This document shows, in pieces, positions 41,635-50,987 of a DNA stretch of 64,000 bases. The position numbers and the translations under genes are program-made. The DNA is taken from contig JAFTXN010000001.1 of the NCBI GenBank assembly GCA_017461605.1, positions 117,371 to 181,370 of the forward strand, given 5' to 3'. The notes beneath the pieces were generated by a model. That model did not search any database, had not been told where the DNA came from, and saw only the letters and a list, made by a program, of their open reading frames with translations. The stretch comes from Bacteroidaceae bacterium (lineage in GTDB: Bacteria; Bacteroidota; Bacteroidia; Bacteroidales; Bacteroidaceae). Positions within the stretch are counted from its first letter, which is position 1. Every line of letters starts with the position of its first letter.

Positions 41635-42219
41635 TCAGAGCACTTCGAGAAGTTCGACATCGAAAACGAGCGCGGCATAGGGAGGGATGGAAGCACCGGC
41701 TCCACGTGTGCCGTAGGCCATGTTGTAAGGGATGAACAGGCGGTATTTTGCACCTTCACCCATGAGCTGCAATCCTTCGGTCCATCCGGCAATTACGCCA
41801 TTGAGGGGGAAAGTTGCAGGTTCGCCACGACGATAGCTGGAGTCGAACACGGTGCCGTCGATAAGGCGTCCTTCGTAGTGACACTTCACTTGGTCGGTAG
41901 CGGCAGGCTTTTTGCCTTTTCCCTCTTCCAACACAAGATATTGCAGACCGCTGGGGAGCACCACCACGCCCTCTTTCGTGGCATTTTCGGCCAAGAAGGC
42001 TTCACCGGCTTCGCGGGCTTCTTTTCCTTTCTCCTCTTCCTGCTTTTGCAAGAATTCGGTTACAATTTGCTGCGCCTCAGCATCGGTGAGCGCAGTGGGA
42101 TTGCCGCTCAGCACGTCGGCAACTGCCTGTGCAAAGTCGGCGTTGTCGATGTTCTTCACGCCCATTCCGTTTAGATTGTGGCCGATTACGAGGCCCAAAG
42201 CATAGCTTAATTTATCCAT
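41635..42219 (-). CDS. fklB: FKBP-type PPIase (FklB/Mip-like)
   Basis: MDKLSYALG, PSGLQY, HYEGRLIDGTVFDSS, VIAGWTEGL. Confidence 0.92.
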   Translation of the reverse strand: MDKLSYALGLVIGHNLNGMGVKNIDNADFAQAVADVLSGNPTALTDAEAQQIVTEFLQKQEEEKGKEAREAGEAFLAENATKEGVVVLPSGLQYLVLEEGKGKKPAATDQVKCHYEGRLIDGTVFDSSYRRGEPATFPLNGVIAGWTEGLQLMGEGAKYRLFIPYNMAYGTRGAGASIPPYAALVFDVELLEVL

Positions 42220-42251
42220 AACTGCTTATCTATCTTTTTTGTTAGCGGCGA

Positions 42252-42320
42252 CAAAGGTAGTGCAAGGCGAGCGAAAAGCCAAACTTGTTAGGGTTTTTCC
42301 GAGCGACGGCCGACCTTGAG
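42252..42320 (-). repeat. Promoter-bearing dispersed element upstream of the FKBP operon
   Basis: Minus strand reads TTTG-N20-TACCTTTG (42283 to 42252) within CAAAGGTAGTGCAAGGCGAGCGAAAAGCCAAACTTG. Confidence 0.85.
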
Positions 42321-42420
42321 AATATAAAATGTATTGAAAAGGTTGTGAAAGGCACGTACCAGACAAAAGGAGAACTCTCTATTCTTTCACCTACCGAGGC
42401 GCAGCGGCCGTAGGGCGTTT

Positions 42421-43431
42421 TCATTGTTTGTTCTGCAGCAGGTGGCGCGCCGTCTCGATGATGGAATCGGTGCCACGCTCCACGTCATTAGGCGCAAGGC
42501 TTGCCGATACATCCGGATCGATGCCCATTTCGATGTGTTGCATCTCACGGTTGTACATGGGGCAGGCCGAGAAACGCAGCCCCCATCCGCAGGGCAGCTC
42601 GGTGTTGAAGGGCATTCCGCTGCCGCCTCCCGTCCTGTCGCCAACGACGATAACGCCGGGCAAACCCTTCACGTAGGACACAAAGCTATTGGCAGCGCTA
42701 TAGGTGCGCCGATTGGTGAGCACCGCCACGCGCTTCTGCCATCGCAGTCCGGGCATGGGGCGGAGCGTCACGGCTTGCGGAGCGGAGAAATCGGCGTGCC
42801 CTTTTCCTGTCTTGTGCAACATATATCCGGCCACGGTCTCCTCGTTGACGAAGAGCGATGCCAGCGTTTTGGCAGCCGAGAGCAGACCGCCTCCGTTGCT
42901 ACGCACATCGATGATGAGCGCATTGCAAAGCGCAAGGTGCCGCATCACTTCGTGCAGGTTGCCTTCGCCAAATTCGTGCTCGAAGGTGGCGCACCGCACA
43001 TAGCCGATGTTGTCATCCAGGATGCGATACTTCAATCCCGAGGCCACCATATAATCACCTTCCTTCCCGAGATAAATCCGCTCCAAGGTGTCGGCATAAT
43101 TGGCTGGGTAGTCGTCGAACCACGCCCCATAACGCGCCACATTGTGGGCGGCTGAGAGGTTCACATGCCCGTCGCGCAGCTCGTAGCTCATGGCAGAGAG
43201 CACCTCGAAGAGTTGGCGCTCGCTCATCTTCTCGCTGATCATGGGAGCATAGCGTGCATGCACCTCGTTCCAGTCCAAGCCGTAAGCCTCGCGCTTATGG
43301 TCGAAGAAGCAGTAGTGCTCGTCGAGCGTTTTCCACATGGCTTCGAAGTTTCCCTGCCGTGTGTCGGTGGGAAATTCCTCCGTGATGCAAGCCGTGAGCA
43401 AGGGGATGAAAAGCAGCAGAAGCCTACGCAT
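42421..43431 (-). CDS. S41 family peptidase lipoprotein
   Basis: Lipobox LTAC, LRDGH, IIDVRSNGGG, TYSAAN, GDRTGG, GIDPD. Confidence 0.88.
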   Translation of the reverse strand: MRRLLLLFIPLLTACITEEFPTDTRQGNFEAMWKTLDEHYCFFDHKREAYGLDWNEVHARYAPMISEKMSERQLFEVLSAMSYELRDGHVNLSAAHNVARYGAWFDDYPANYADTLERIYLGKEGDYMVASGLKYRILDDNIGYVRCATFEHEFGEGNLHEVMRHLALCNALIIDVRSNGGGLLSAAKTLASLFVNEETVAGYMLHKTGKGHADFSAPQAVTLRPMPGLRWQKRVAVLTNRRTYSAANSFVSYVKGLPGVIVVGDRTGGGSGMPFNTELPCGWGLRFSACPMYNREMQHIEMGIDPDVSASLAPNDVERGTDSIIETARHLLQNKQ

Positions 43432-43478
43432 TATTATAATATATTATATGTATGAAAACGTCATCGCGCATCAGCACA

Positions 43479-44288
43479 TCAGCGCAGCCATTGGAGCGTG
43501 CGCACATAGCCTATCACAAATCGATGTGTCCAGTTGTGATGTTTCAGATTGTGGATATGACTTTGGCGAGCCTCTCCCCGATATCCCACCACCAACCTGG
43601 CACGCCCCACAGGCACCGTGAGTGTGGTCAGCAGGCGAGCCGAGGGAGCATTGAGGGGATGGGTGAAACACACGTTGTGCGAGTAGTGTCCGAGGGAAAA
43701 GATTTCGTAATACGACTGTCCGTATTCCGGAGAAAACATGCCGCCCAGCAGCGGAATGTCAAGCTGTGCCCGTGCTTGCAGCGGCACACGTCCCAAACGA
43801 AAGTCCCACTCAACAATGCCTGAAGCCACACACTGCACAGCCGCGCGCCCTGCCGCCGGATTGTTGCCGCCACGCGACAGATACGTACCGCCCAGCGAGA
43901 GTTCCATCAGGCCTCCGGCCGCCAGGCGAAGCCCTCGTGCGGGGTGCCAATTGTGATGCCAACCACCGGCAGCCGTCAGCGAAGCGTCCCAAGCGCGATA
44001 GCCGCCACCGACCTCGCGTTGCAGAAAACCTCCGTCAGCACCGTAGATGCCCATCACCGACACACGACCGCCACCCCAGCGTGCCTGCCGCTCGGTAACA
44101 AAGAGCGCACCGACCGAAGGGCCTGCATATCCATGCGGACTCAGATAGGTGTCCTGCACACGGCTGCGGCCGACATCCAGCAGCAGCGTGCGACGCACTA
44201 CGCGCACACTGTCGGACACCGTCTGTGCCACTACAGAAGCAGTCGCACAGCACAGCGTTACCACAAGGCACAGCCGACGGACCCTCAT
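43479..44288 (-). CDS. DUF3316-type outer-membrane protein
   Basis: Signal peptide, DTYLSP..Y.G, GNNPA, FSPEYGQSYYEIF; sits next to an S41 peptidase. Confidence 0.75.
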   Translation of the reverse strand: MRVRRLCLVVTLCCATASVVAQTVSDSVRVVRRTLLLDVGRSRVQDTYLSPHGYAGPSVGALFVTERQARWGGGRVSVMGIYGADGGFLQREVGGGYRAWDASLTAAGGWHHNWHPARGLRLAAGGLMELSLGGTYLSRGGNNPAAGRAAVQCVASGIVEWDFRLGRVPLQARAQLDIPLLGGMFSPEYGQSYYEIFSLGHYSHNVCFTHPLNAPSARLLTTLTVPVGRARLVVGYRGEARQSHIHNLKHHNWTHRFVIGYVRTLQWLR

Positions 44289-44293
44289 ACCGC

Positions 44294-44929
44294 TTATTTC
44301 TTCCAGGCTTTGTAGATAAGAAATCCTACCACGAAGACAGCAATTCCGAGAATGGCGTAACCTATCTCGTGACTGTATTTCGTTGCAAGCTCATACACTT
44401 GCTCGGGTGTCTTAAGCTCTGTGTATTCGTAGATAGCCCATCCGATGGCTGCCAGCACGCAGTTCCAAATGCCGGCTCCCAAGGTGGTATAAAACAAGAA
44501 TTTGCCTACACCCATCCGCGCCAAACCTGCCGGGATGCTGATGAGTTGCCGAACTGCCGGAATGAGACGGCCGAAGAAGGTCGACACAGCCCCGTGTCGG
44601 GCAAAGTAGTCCTCAGCTTTCTTCACGCCTTCCTCATCGATGAGACACATGTGCCCGAAACGGCTGTTGGCAAAGCGATAAACGATGGGGCGGCCCAGCC
44701 ATTTGGCCAAGTAGTAATTGATGAGTGCTCCCAAGTCGGCACCGATGGTGGCGAACACTATGACGAGCCAGATGCTCATCGAGCCATCGGTCATGGCCTT
44801 CCACGCAGCCGGCGGCACCACCACCTCGCTAGGGAAAGGTATGAACGAACTCTCGATGGCCATGAAGATCATCACCACCCAATAGTCAAGGTTCTCCAGA
44901 ACCCATCTGAAAATCTCTGTCGTATCCAT
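44294..44929 (-). CDS. DedA family membrane protein
   Basis: MAIESSFIPFPSE and GRLIPAVRQLISIPAG. Start at MDTTE. Confidence 0.92.
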   Translation of the reverse strand: MDTTEIFRWVLENLDYWVVMIFMAIESSFIPFPSEVVVPPAAWKAMTDGSMSIWLVIVFATIGADLGALINYYLAKWLGRPIVYRFANSRFGHMCLIDEEGVKKAEDYFARHGAVSTFFGRLIPAVRQLISIPAGLARMGVGKFLFYTTLGAGIWNCVLAAIGWAIYEYTELKTPEQVYELATKYSHEIGYAILGIAVFVVGFLIYKAWKK

Positions 44930-45126
44930 AATATATATAATATGTATGTTTTTGCGCGACGAAGGTAACACAAGACGCGCGAAAGGCGAAACCCGAAGCC
45001 TTATATCCATCGGCAAAATCTCTCCAAGCCTCTGAAAATGACGTGTAGACTTTTCAGAAACAGCCACAAAGCCGGACCGACACCAAGCACGCTATTCGTC
45101 AAAACGAAAGCGCTTTGCAGGAAAAG

Positions 45127-45183
45127 TGGCAAGGCCTGCCAAAAAAGTGGCAAGGCTTGCAAAAAAACTGGCAGGCCTTGCCA
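45127..45183. repeat. 21-bp module triplet, type B, orientation F-F-R
   Basis: tggca-AGGCC-tgcca aaaaag tggca-AGGCT-tgcaa aaaaac tggca-GGCCT-tgcca; an in-phase degenerate module ctgcg-AGGCC-tccgg follows at 45190. Confidence 0.88.
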
Positions 45184-45376
45184 GTAAATCTGCGAGGCCT
45201 CCGGAAAAATGCCGAAAGACGTCAGATTTTCACCCACACCACGCCCACCTTGCCACACCCACTTTACACATACACGGACGCCGATGGCCGAAAAGTCTAA
45301 AAACCGCGGAAATGCTTTGCCGTGCGCCGGGCTTGCACTAACTTCGCCGGCCGAAAAGGTATCTTTAGTACGGAAT

Positions 45377-47071
45377 ATGATGAAAGGATTTCATTTTGCG
45401 CCGCGACTGCTGAAAGATTTGCGACGTTACGACAAACAAAAGTTTACGGCCGACCTGATGGCCGGTCTCATCGTGGGCATCGTTGCCCTCCCGCTGGCCA
45501 TCGCTTTCGGCATCGCCTCCGGCGTTTCTCCCGAGAAGGGCATCATCACCGCCATCGTGGCCGGATTTATCATCTCGGCGCTTGGCGGCAGCCGCGTGCA
45601 GATTGGCGGTCCCACCGGTGCGTTCATCGTTATCATCTACGGCATCATCCAGCAGTTCGGTCTGTCGGGGCTCATGGTGGCTACCATGCTGGCCGGCGTG
45701 TTCCTCATCCTGCTGGGCGTGTTCCGCCTCGGCACAATCATAAAGTTCATCCCCTATCCCATCGTCGTGGGTTTCACGAGCGGTATCGCAGTGACCATTT
45801 TCACCACCCAAATCAAGGACCTGCTGGGCCTGACGACAGGAGAGCTACCCGCCGACTTCATTTCGAAATGGGGCACTTACTTCAGTTGTCTTGGCACCAT
45901 CGACTGGCCCTCGGCCGCGGTCGGAATTCTCAGCATCGCTGTGATAGCCCTCACGCCCAAGGTGTCGAAAAAGATACCCGGCTCGCTGGTGGCCATCCTC
46001 CTCATGACAGGTGTGGTGTGGATGCTGAAGGAGTTTTTCGGCATCGCGAGCATAAAAACCATCGGCGACTATTACCCCGACATCAAAGCACAGATTCCGG
46101 CACTCGAGATGCCTACCGTTACTTGGGAACAGGTGAAGATGCTCTTCCCCACAGCCATGACAATCGCCGTGCTGGGAGCCATCGAGAGTCTGCTCTCGGC
46201 GACGGTAGCCGACGGTGTGTGCGGCGATCATCACGACTCCAATCAGGAACTCATCGGACAGGGCATCGCCAATGTCTGCACACCGCTCTTCGGCGGTATT
46301 CCTGCGACGGGAGCCATTGCCCGCACCATGACCAACATCAACAACGGCGGTCGCACCCCCGTGGCCGGCATCATCCACGCCGCTGTACTGCTACTCATAT
46401 TCTTGGTACTCATGCCCTTGGCCGCCTACATCCCGATGGCATGTTTGGCCGGTGTATTGGTGGTTGTGGCCTACAACATGAGCGGTTGGCGCACCTTCCG
46501 CGAACTGATGCGCAACCCCAAGAGCGACATCACGGTGCTCATCATCACATTCCTGCTTACCGTGATATTCGACCTCACCATCGCTATCGAAGTGGGCCTC
46601 GTGCTTGCTTGCCTCCTCTTCATGAAGCGTATGGCAGAGAGCACGCAGATTTCGGTTATCGCCAACGAGATCGACCCAGCCGAGGAAACCGACGCCGAAG
46701 TTCACGAAGAACACCTCATCATTCCCGAAGGCGTGGAGGTTTACGAAATCAACGGGCCGTATTTCTTCGGTATCGCCAACAAATTTGAAGAGTTGATGGC
46801 GCAAATGGACGACCACCCACGCGTTCGCATCATCCGCATGCGCCGCGTTCCGTTCATCGACAGCACAGGCATCCACAACCTTCACAATCTTTGCGAAATG
46901 TCTCGGCGCGAAGGCACACACATTGTGCTGTCGGGCGTAACGGACAGCGTATATGCCGTGCTGGCACGCAACGGCTTCTGCGAACTGTTGGGCAAAGACC
47001 ACATCTGCCCCAACATCAACGTAGCCCTGGAGCGCGCAGCCGAACTCTCGAAGCAGCTCAACCTCAAGTAA
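45377..47071 (+). CDS. SulP/SLC26 anion permease with STAS domain
   Basis: VALPLAIAFGIASG, QIGGPTGAF, IESLLSA, ATGAIART, GPYFFG, IDSTG. Confidence 0.93.
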   Translation: MMKGFHFAPRLLKDLRRYDKQKFTADLMAGLIVGIVALPLAIAFGIASGVSPEKGIITAIVAGFIISALGGSRVQIGGPTGAFIVIIYGIIQQFGLSGLMVATMLAGVFLILLGVFRLGTIIKFIPYPIVVGFTSGIAVTIFTTQIKDLLGLTTGELPADFISKWGTYFSCLGTIDWPSAAVGILSIAVIALTPKVSKKIPGSLVAILLMTGVVWMLKEFFGIASIKTIGDYYPDIKAQIPALEMPTVTWEQVKMLFPTAMTIAVLGAIESLLSATVADGVCGDHHDSNQELIGQGIANVCTPLFGGIPATGAIARTMTNINNGGRTPVAGIIHAAVLLLIFLVLMPLAAYIPMACLAGVLVVVAYNMSGWRTFRELMRNPKSDITVLIITFLLTVIFDLTIAIEVGLVLACLLFMKRMAESTQISVIANEIDPAEETDAEVHEEHLIIPEGVEVYEINGPYFFGIANKFEELMAQMDDHPRVRIIRMRRVPFIDSTGIHNLHNLCEMSRREGTHIVLSGVTDSVYAVLARNGFCELLGKDHICPNINVALERAAELSKQLNLK

Positions 47072-47081
47072 CAGTGAAAGC

Positions 47082-47897
47082 ATGAGCACTGCGGCGGTAA
47101 GAACAGACGTGCCGGTGCTGACCCTCGAACATCTGTCGACGGGCTACGGCACCCCCTCGCGCCACGTGGTGAGTCAGGGCCTATGCGCCTCGCTCCCCCG
47201 GGCATCCATCACCGCCATCGTGGGCCGAAACGGAGCCGGCAAGAGCACCTTGCTGCGCACCCTCTCCGGACTGCAACCGGCCTTGTCGGGCAGCGTAAAG
47301 TGGCTCGACAAGGAACTGAAGGCTTATGCGCCGACCGAACTGGCACGCACGCTCTCTGTGGTGCTCACCGACAAGCCCGACACCGGCTGGCTCACAGCTG
47401 CCGAAGTGGTCGGAATGGGTCGCCAACCCTACACAGGATTTACCGGTCGCCTCACGGAGGAAGACAAACGGCTGTGCCAACAAGCCCTACGCGATGCCGG
47501 TGCCGAAGCGCTGGCTGCACGAACTTTCACCTCGCTGAGCGATGGCGAACGGCAGCGTGTGATGGTGGCCAAAGCCCTGGCGCAACAGACGCCCGTCATC
47601 TTGCTGGACGAGCCGACGGCTTTTCTCGATTTCGCTGGCAAGATTGCATTGCTCCACCTGCTCGGCCGATTGAGCCGGGAGCTGGGCAAGACCATACTGC
47701 TCTCAACACACGACCTCGAACCGGCATTCCAGCTGTGCGACCATCTGTGGTTGCTTTCGTCCGACAGTATCGCAGCAGGTTCGCCACGCACCCTGGCCGA
47801 CGATGGCACACTGTCGGCCTTCTTTGACGCGCCGGGCGTACATTTTGACGCCGCAGAGATGCGCTTCCGCTATCCCTCAAGACAAAGCGGCTGCTGA
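47082..47897 (+). CDS. ABC transporter ATPase (FecE/BtuD-like)
   Basis: GRNGAGKST, LSDGERQR, LLDEPT, STHD. Confidence 0.88.
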   Translation: MSTAAVRTDVPVLTLEHLSTGYGTPSRHVVSQGLCASLPRASITAIVGRNGAGKSTLLRTLSGLQPALSGSVKWLDKELKAYAPTELARTLSVVLTDKPDTGWLTAAEVVGMGRQPYTGFTGRLTEEDKRLCQQALRDAGAEALAARTFTSLSDGERQRVMVAKALAQQTPVILLDEPTAFLDFAGKIALLHLLGRLSRELGKTILLSTHDLEPAFQLCDHLWLLSSDSIAAGSPRTLADDGTLSAFFDAPGVHFDAAEMRFRYPSRQSGC

Positions 47898-47961
47898 GCC
47901 TCGTTTTCTCACAGGCACTCCCTTCTTTACTCACTCTCCTCTTTCAGATTTCAACACCCGT

Positions 47962-50076
47962 ATGATAGTTTGCATCGCCGAAAAGCCCAGTGTGGCACGC
48001 GACATTGCCAAAGTCCTGGGAGCACACCAATCTCACGACGGCTATATGGAAGGAAACGGCTACCAAGTGACGTGGACTTTCGGTCATTTGTGCGAATTGA
48101 AGTATCCCGAGGACTATCTCCCCGAGTGGCGGCGCTGGTCGCTGGGTGCACTGCCCATGCTCCCGCCACGCTTCGGCATACGTCTGAAAGCCGACAAAGG
48201 CATCGAAAAGCAGTTTGGCATCATCCGTCGTCTGATGCAAAACGCCGACGAAATCATCAACTGCGGTGATGCCGGGCAAGAGGGAGAACTCATACAGCGA
48301 TGGGTGATGCAGAAAGCCGAGGTGAAATGCCCCGTGAAGCGTCTCTGGATTTCTTCACTTACCGAGGACGCCATCCGCGAAGGCTTTGCCAACCTGCTGC
48401 CACAGGAAGACAAGCAACCACTCTACGAGGCCGGACTCTGCCGCGCCATAGGCGACTGGTTGCTGGGTATGAACGCCACACGTCTATACACCTTGAAGTA
48501 TGGCACCGGAGAGCGTGGCGCACAACCGCTCTCCATCGGACGAGTGCAAACTCCCACCCTGGCACTCATCGTACGGCGTGGCAAGGAAATCGAGAACTTT
48601 GTGCCACAACCCTACTGGGTGCTGACAACCCTCTATCGTGACACTACGTTCACGGCACAAGGAGTGGCGAAACGCAAAGATGCCTCCGCATCCGGTGTGG
48701 ACGGCACGGCCGGACAAGCACAAGCCGATGAGCCTGCCACCCCTGCGAAGGGCGAGAGCGCAAAGTTCGTCTTCAATACCGAGGAGGAGGGTCGAGCAGC
48801 GTTGGAACGCATCAGAGAAGCACCTTTCACCGTAACCGCAGTAACGAAAAAGAACGGCACGGAAGCCCCCCCTCGGCTCTTCGACCTCACCTCGCTACAA
48901 GTGGAATGCAACAAGAAGTTCGGCTACTCTGCCGATCAGACGCTGCAAATCATTCAGAGCCTGTATGAGAAGAAGGTTACCACCTATCCGCGTGTAGACA
49001 CCACCTTCCTCTCCGACGACATCTACCCGAAAAGCAAGAACATCCTCAATGGCATCGCATCGCGCTATGCCGATCTGCTGGCTCCTCTGCGTGGCGCTCA
49101 ACTCCGCAAGAGCAAAAAGGTGTTCGACTCTTCCAAGGTTACCGACCACCATGCCATTATTCCCACCGGCATTGCACCCAATTCGCTGACGGACCTGGAG
49201 TGGAACGTCTTCGACCTTGTGGCGCGCCGCTTCATAGCCGTGTTCTATCCCGACTGCCGTTTTGCCACCACCACCGTGGAGGGCGAAGCCGCTGATGTGC
49301 TGTTCCGCGTCTCCGGCCGGCAGATACTCGACGCCGGATGGCGTTCGGTTTTTGCCAAAGATCGTAAGAGCGAAAGCGAAGACGAAGCCACGGCCGACGA
49401 GGAGCGCACCCTGCCGGCCTTCGTGCAAGGCGAGAGCGGTCCGCACCGCCCCGACCTGGCGCAGAAGTTCACCCAACCGCCGAAACCCTACACCGAAGCC
49501 ACCCTGCTGCGCGCCATGGAGACCGCCGGACGCATGGTGGAAGACGAGGAACTGCGCGACGCACTGAAGCAGAACGGCATCGGACGTCCCTCCACGCGAG
49601 CCGCCATCATCGAAACCCTGTTCCGCCGAGGCTACGTGCGTAAGCAGCGCAAAGCTCTCTACGCCACACAGACCGGCATAGAGCTGATAGGGCTCATCAA
49701 GGAGGAACTGCTGAAGAGCGCAGAGCTGACAGGACTTTGGGAAAAGAAGTTGCGCGAAATCGAAAACCGCAGCTACAACGCGCCACGCTTCATCGAAGAG
49801 CTCAAAGCCATGGTGCAGGACATCGTGCACCAAGTGCTCTCCGACAACGAGAACCGCCGGCTGCGCATAGAGCACGACGCCACCGCCGCTCCCAAGGCTC
49901 AACCCTCGGGCAACAACACCGACAACAGCGGAAGCACCACGACGAAACGCAAAGTGATACGCGTGGGCAGCCGCTGCCCCGAATGCGGCGAAGGAAAGGT
50001 CATCAAGGGCCACACGGCCTATGGTTGCTCTCGATGGCGCGAAGGATGCACCTGGCGAAAGCCTTTCAAGAAATAA
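47962..50076 (+). CDS. topB: DNA topoisomerase III
   Basis: IAEKPSVA, GDAGQEGE, GRVQTPTL, TYPRVD, DHHAIIPT, GIGRPSTRA, C-terminal Zn ribbon. Confidence 0.94.
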   Translation: MIVCIAEKPSVARDIAKVLGAHQSHDGYMEGNGYQVTWTFGHLCELKYPEDYLPEWRRWSLGALPMLPPRFGIRLKADKGIEKQFGIIRRLMQNADEIINCGDAGQEGELIQRWVMQKAEVKCPVKRLWISSLTEDAIREGFANLLPQEDKQPLYEAGLCRAIGDWLLGMNATRLYTLKYGTGERGAQPLSIGRVQTPTLALIVRRGKEIENFVPQPYWVLTTLYRDTTFTAQGVAKRKDASASGVDGTAGQAQADEPATPAKGESAKFVFNTEEEGRAALERIREAPFTVTAVTKKNGTEAPPRLFDLTSLQVECNKKFGYSADQTLQIIQSLYEKKVTTYPRVDTTFLSDDIYPKSKNILNGIASRYADLLAPLRGAQLRKSKKVFDSSKVTDHHAIIPTGIAPNSLTDLEWNVFDLVARRFIAVFYPDCRFATTTVEGEAADVLFRVSGRQILDAGWRSVFAKDRKSESEDEATADEERTLPAFVQGESGPHRPDLAQKFTQPPKPYTEATLLRAMETAGRMVEDEELRDALKQNGIGRPSTRAAIIETLFRRGYVRKQRKALYATQTGIELIGLIKEELLKSAELTGLWEKKLREIENRSYNAPRFIEELKAMVQDIVHQVLSDNENRRLRIEHDATAAPKAQPSGNNTDNSGSTTTKRKVIRVGSRCPECGEGKVIKGHTAYGCSRWREGCTWRKPFKK

Positions 50077-50138
50077 GCACAGCCGCACATCACGGCACAC
50101 GTTTTGACATAAAGAACGCACTCCCGATGCGCATTTTT

Positions 50139-50195
50139 CTGCAAGGCGTTCTGAAAATTCTGCAGTGCTTGTAGAATTTTCAGAACGCCTTGCAG
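50139..50195. repeat. 21-bp module triplet, X-R-X'
   Basis: ctgca-AGGCG-ttctg aaaatt ctgca-GTGCT-tgtag aatttt cagaa-CGCCT-tgcag. Confidence 0.9.
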
Positions 50196-50315
50196 ATTTT
50201 TCCACATCGAGAGTGCTCCGAAGCCGCTGAAAACCTTGTTTTTGCTCATTCGGTTTGTCAGCTCACGTCCCAAGGTGGCGAAAAGCTCCGAAGAGTCAAA
50301 AAAAACGAGGAAAAA

Positions 50316-50391
50316 GTTGGCGTATGCAGGAACACTTCGTATCTTTGCGCCGTTGGAGTGAGGGGCTTTTCGAAGTTCCTCACTTGTTTTT
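50316..50391 (+). promoter_or_regulatory. rimP promoter plus leader terminator hairpin
   Basis: GTTG-N20-TATCTTTG, then AGTGAGGGGCTT-TTCG-AAGTTCCTCACT-TGTTTTT before the ATG. Confidence 0.7.
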
Positions 50392-50406
50392 AAGAAGCAT
50401 CATCAG

Positions 50407-50874
50407 ATGATAGACAAGCAAGTAGTAAAAAGTTTAGTCGAGGAGTGGCTTGAAGGGAAAGAATACTTCATGACCGACCTCACCGTGAGTGCGGACGACC
50501 GCATTGTTGTGGAAATCGACCATGCCGATGGCGTATGGATCGAAGATTGTGTGGAACTCAGCAAGTTCATCGAGAGCCGTCTCGACCGCGAGGAAGAAGA
50601 TTACGAACTCGAAGTGGGCAGTGCCGGCATCGGACAACCGTTCAAGGTGGTGCGCCAGTACGAAATTCATGTAGGCGAACGCGTGGAGGTGCTTACCAAG
50701 AACGGCATCAAGCATGTGGGTACGCTGAAAGAAGCTTCGGCCGACAACTTTGTGCTCACCATCGAAGAGAAAGTGAAACGCGAAGGCGAAAAGCGTCCAC
50801 ACATGGAGGAACGCGACATCACCTTTGCATACGACGAGGTGAAGCACACCAAATACATCATCGACTTCAAGTAA
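50407..50874 (+). CDS. rimP: Ribosome maturation factor RimP
   Basis: GVWIEDC..LS and DYELEVGSAG; directly upstream of nusA. Confidence 0.94.
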   Translation: MIDKQVVKSLVEEWLEGKEYFMTDLTVSADDRIVVEIDHADGVWIEDCVELSKFIESRLDREEEDYELEVGSAGIGQPFKVVRQYEIHVGERVEVLTKNGIKHVGTLKEASADNFVLTIEEKVKREGEKRPHMEERDITFAYDEVKHTKYIIDFK

Positions 50875-50987
50875 AGCCACCCACTCCGCCAACCCGAAAG
50901 CCGGAATGCGGAGCCAACGAGCGGGCACGCGCCACAAGCGCCCGGCCACACCGCTGCGAACAACGAAAAATCAAAACAAAAAATATA

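Noticed and set aside
48660-48770. Low-complexity stretch in topB; similar short inserts in rnr and miaB
   Set aside because: In-frame Ala/Pro/Gly-rich loops with no intein, intron or repeat signature.
50875-50987. GC-rich rimP-nusA spacer as a tRNA or ncRNA
   Set aside because: No cloverleaf, no T-loop GTTCRA and no recognisable RNA family motif.
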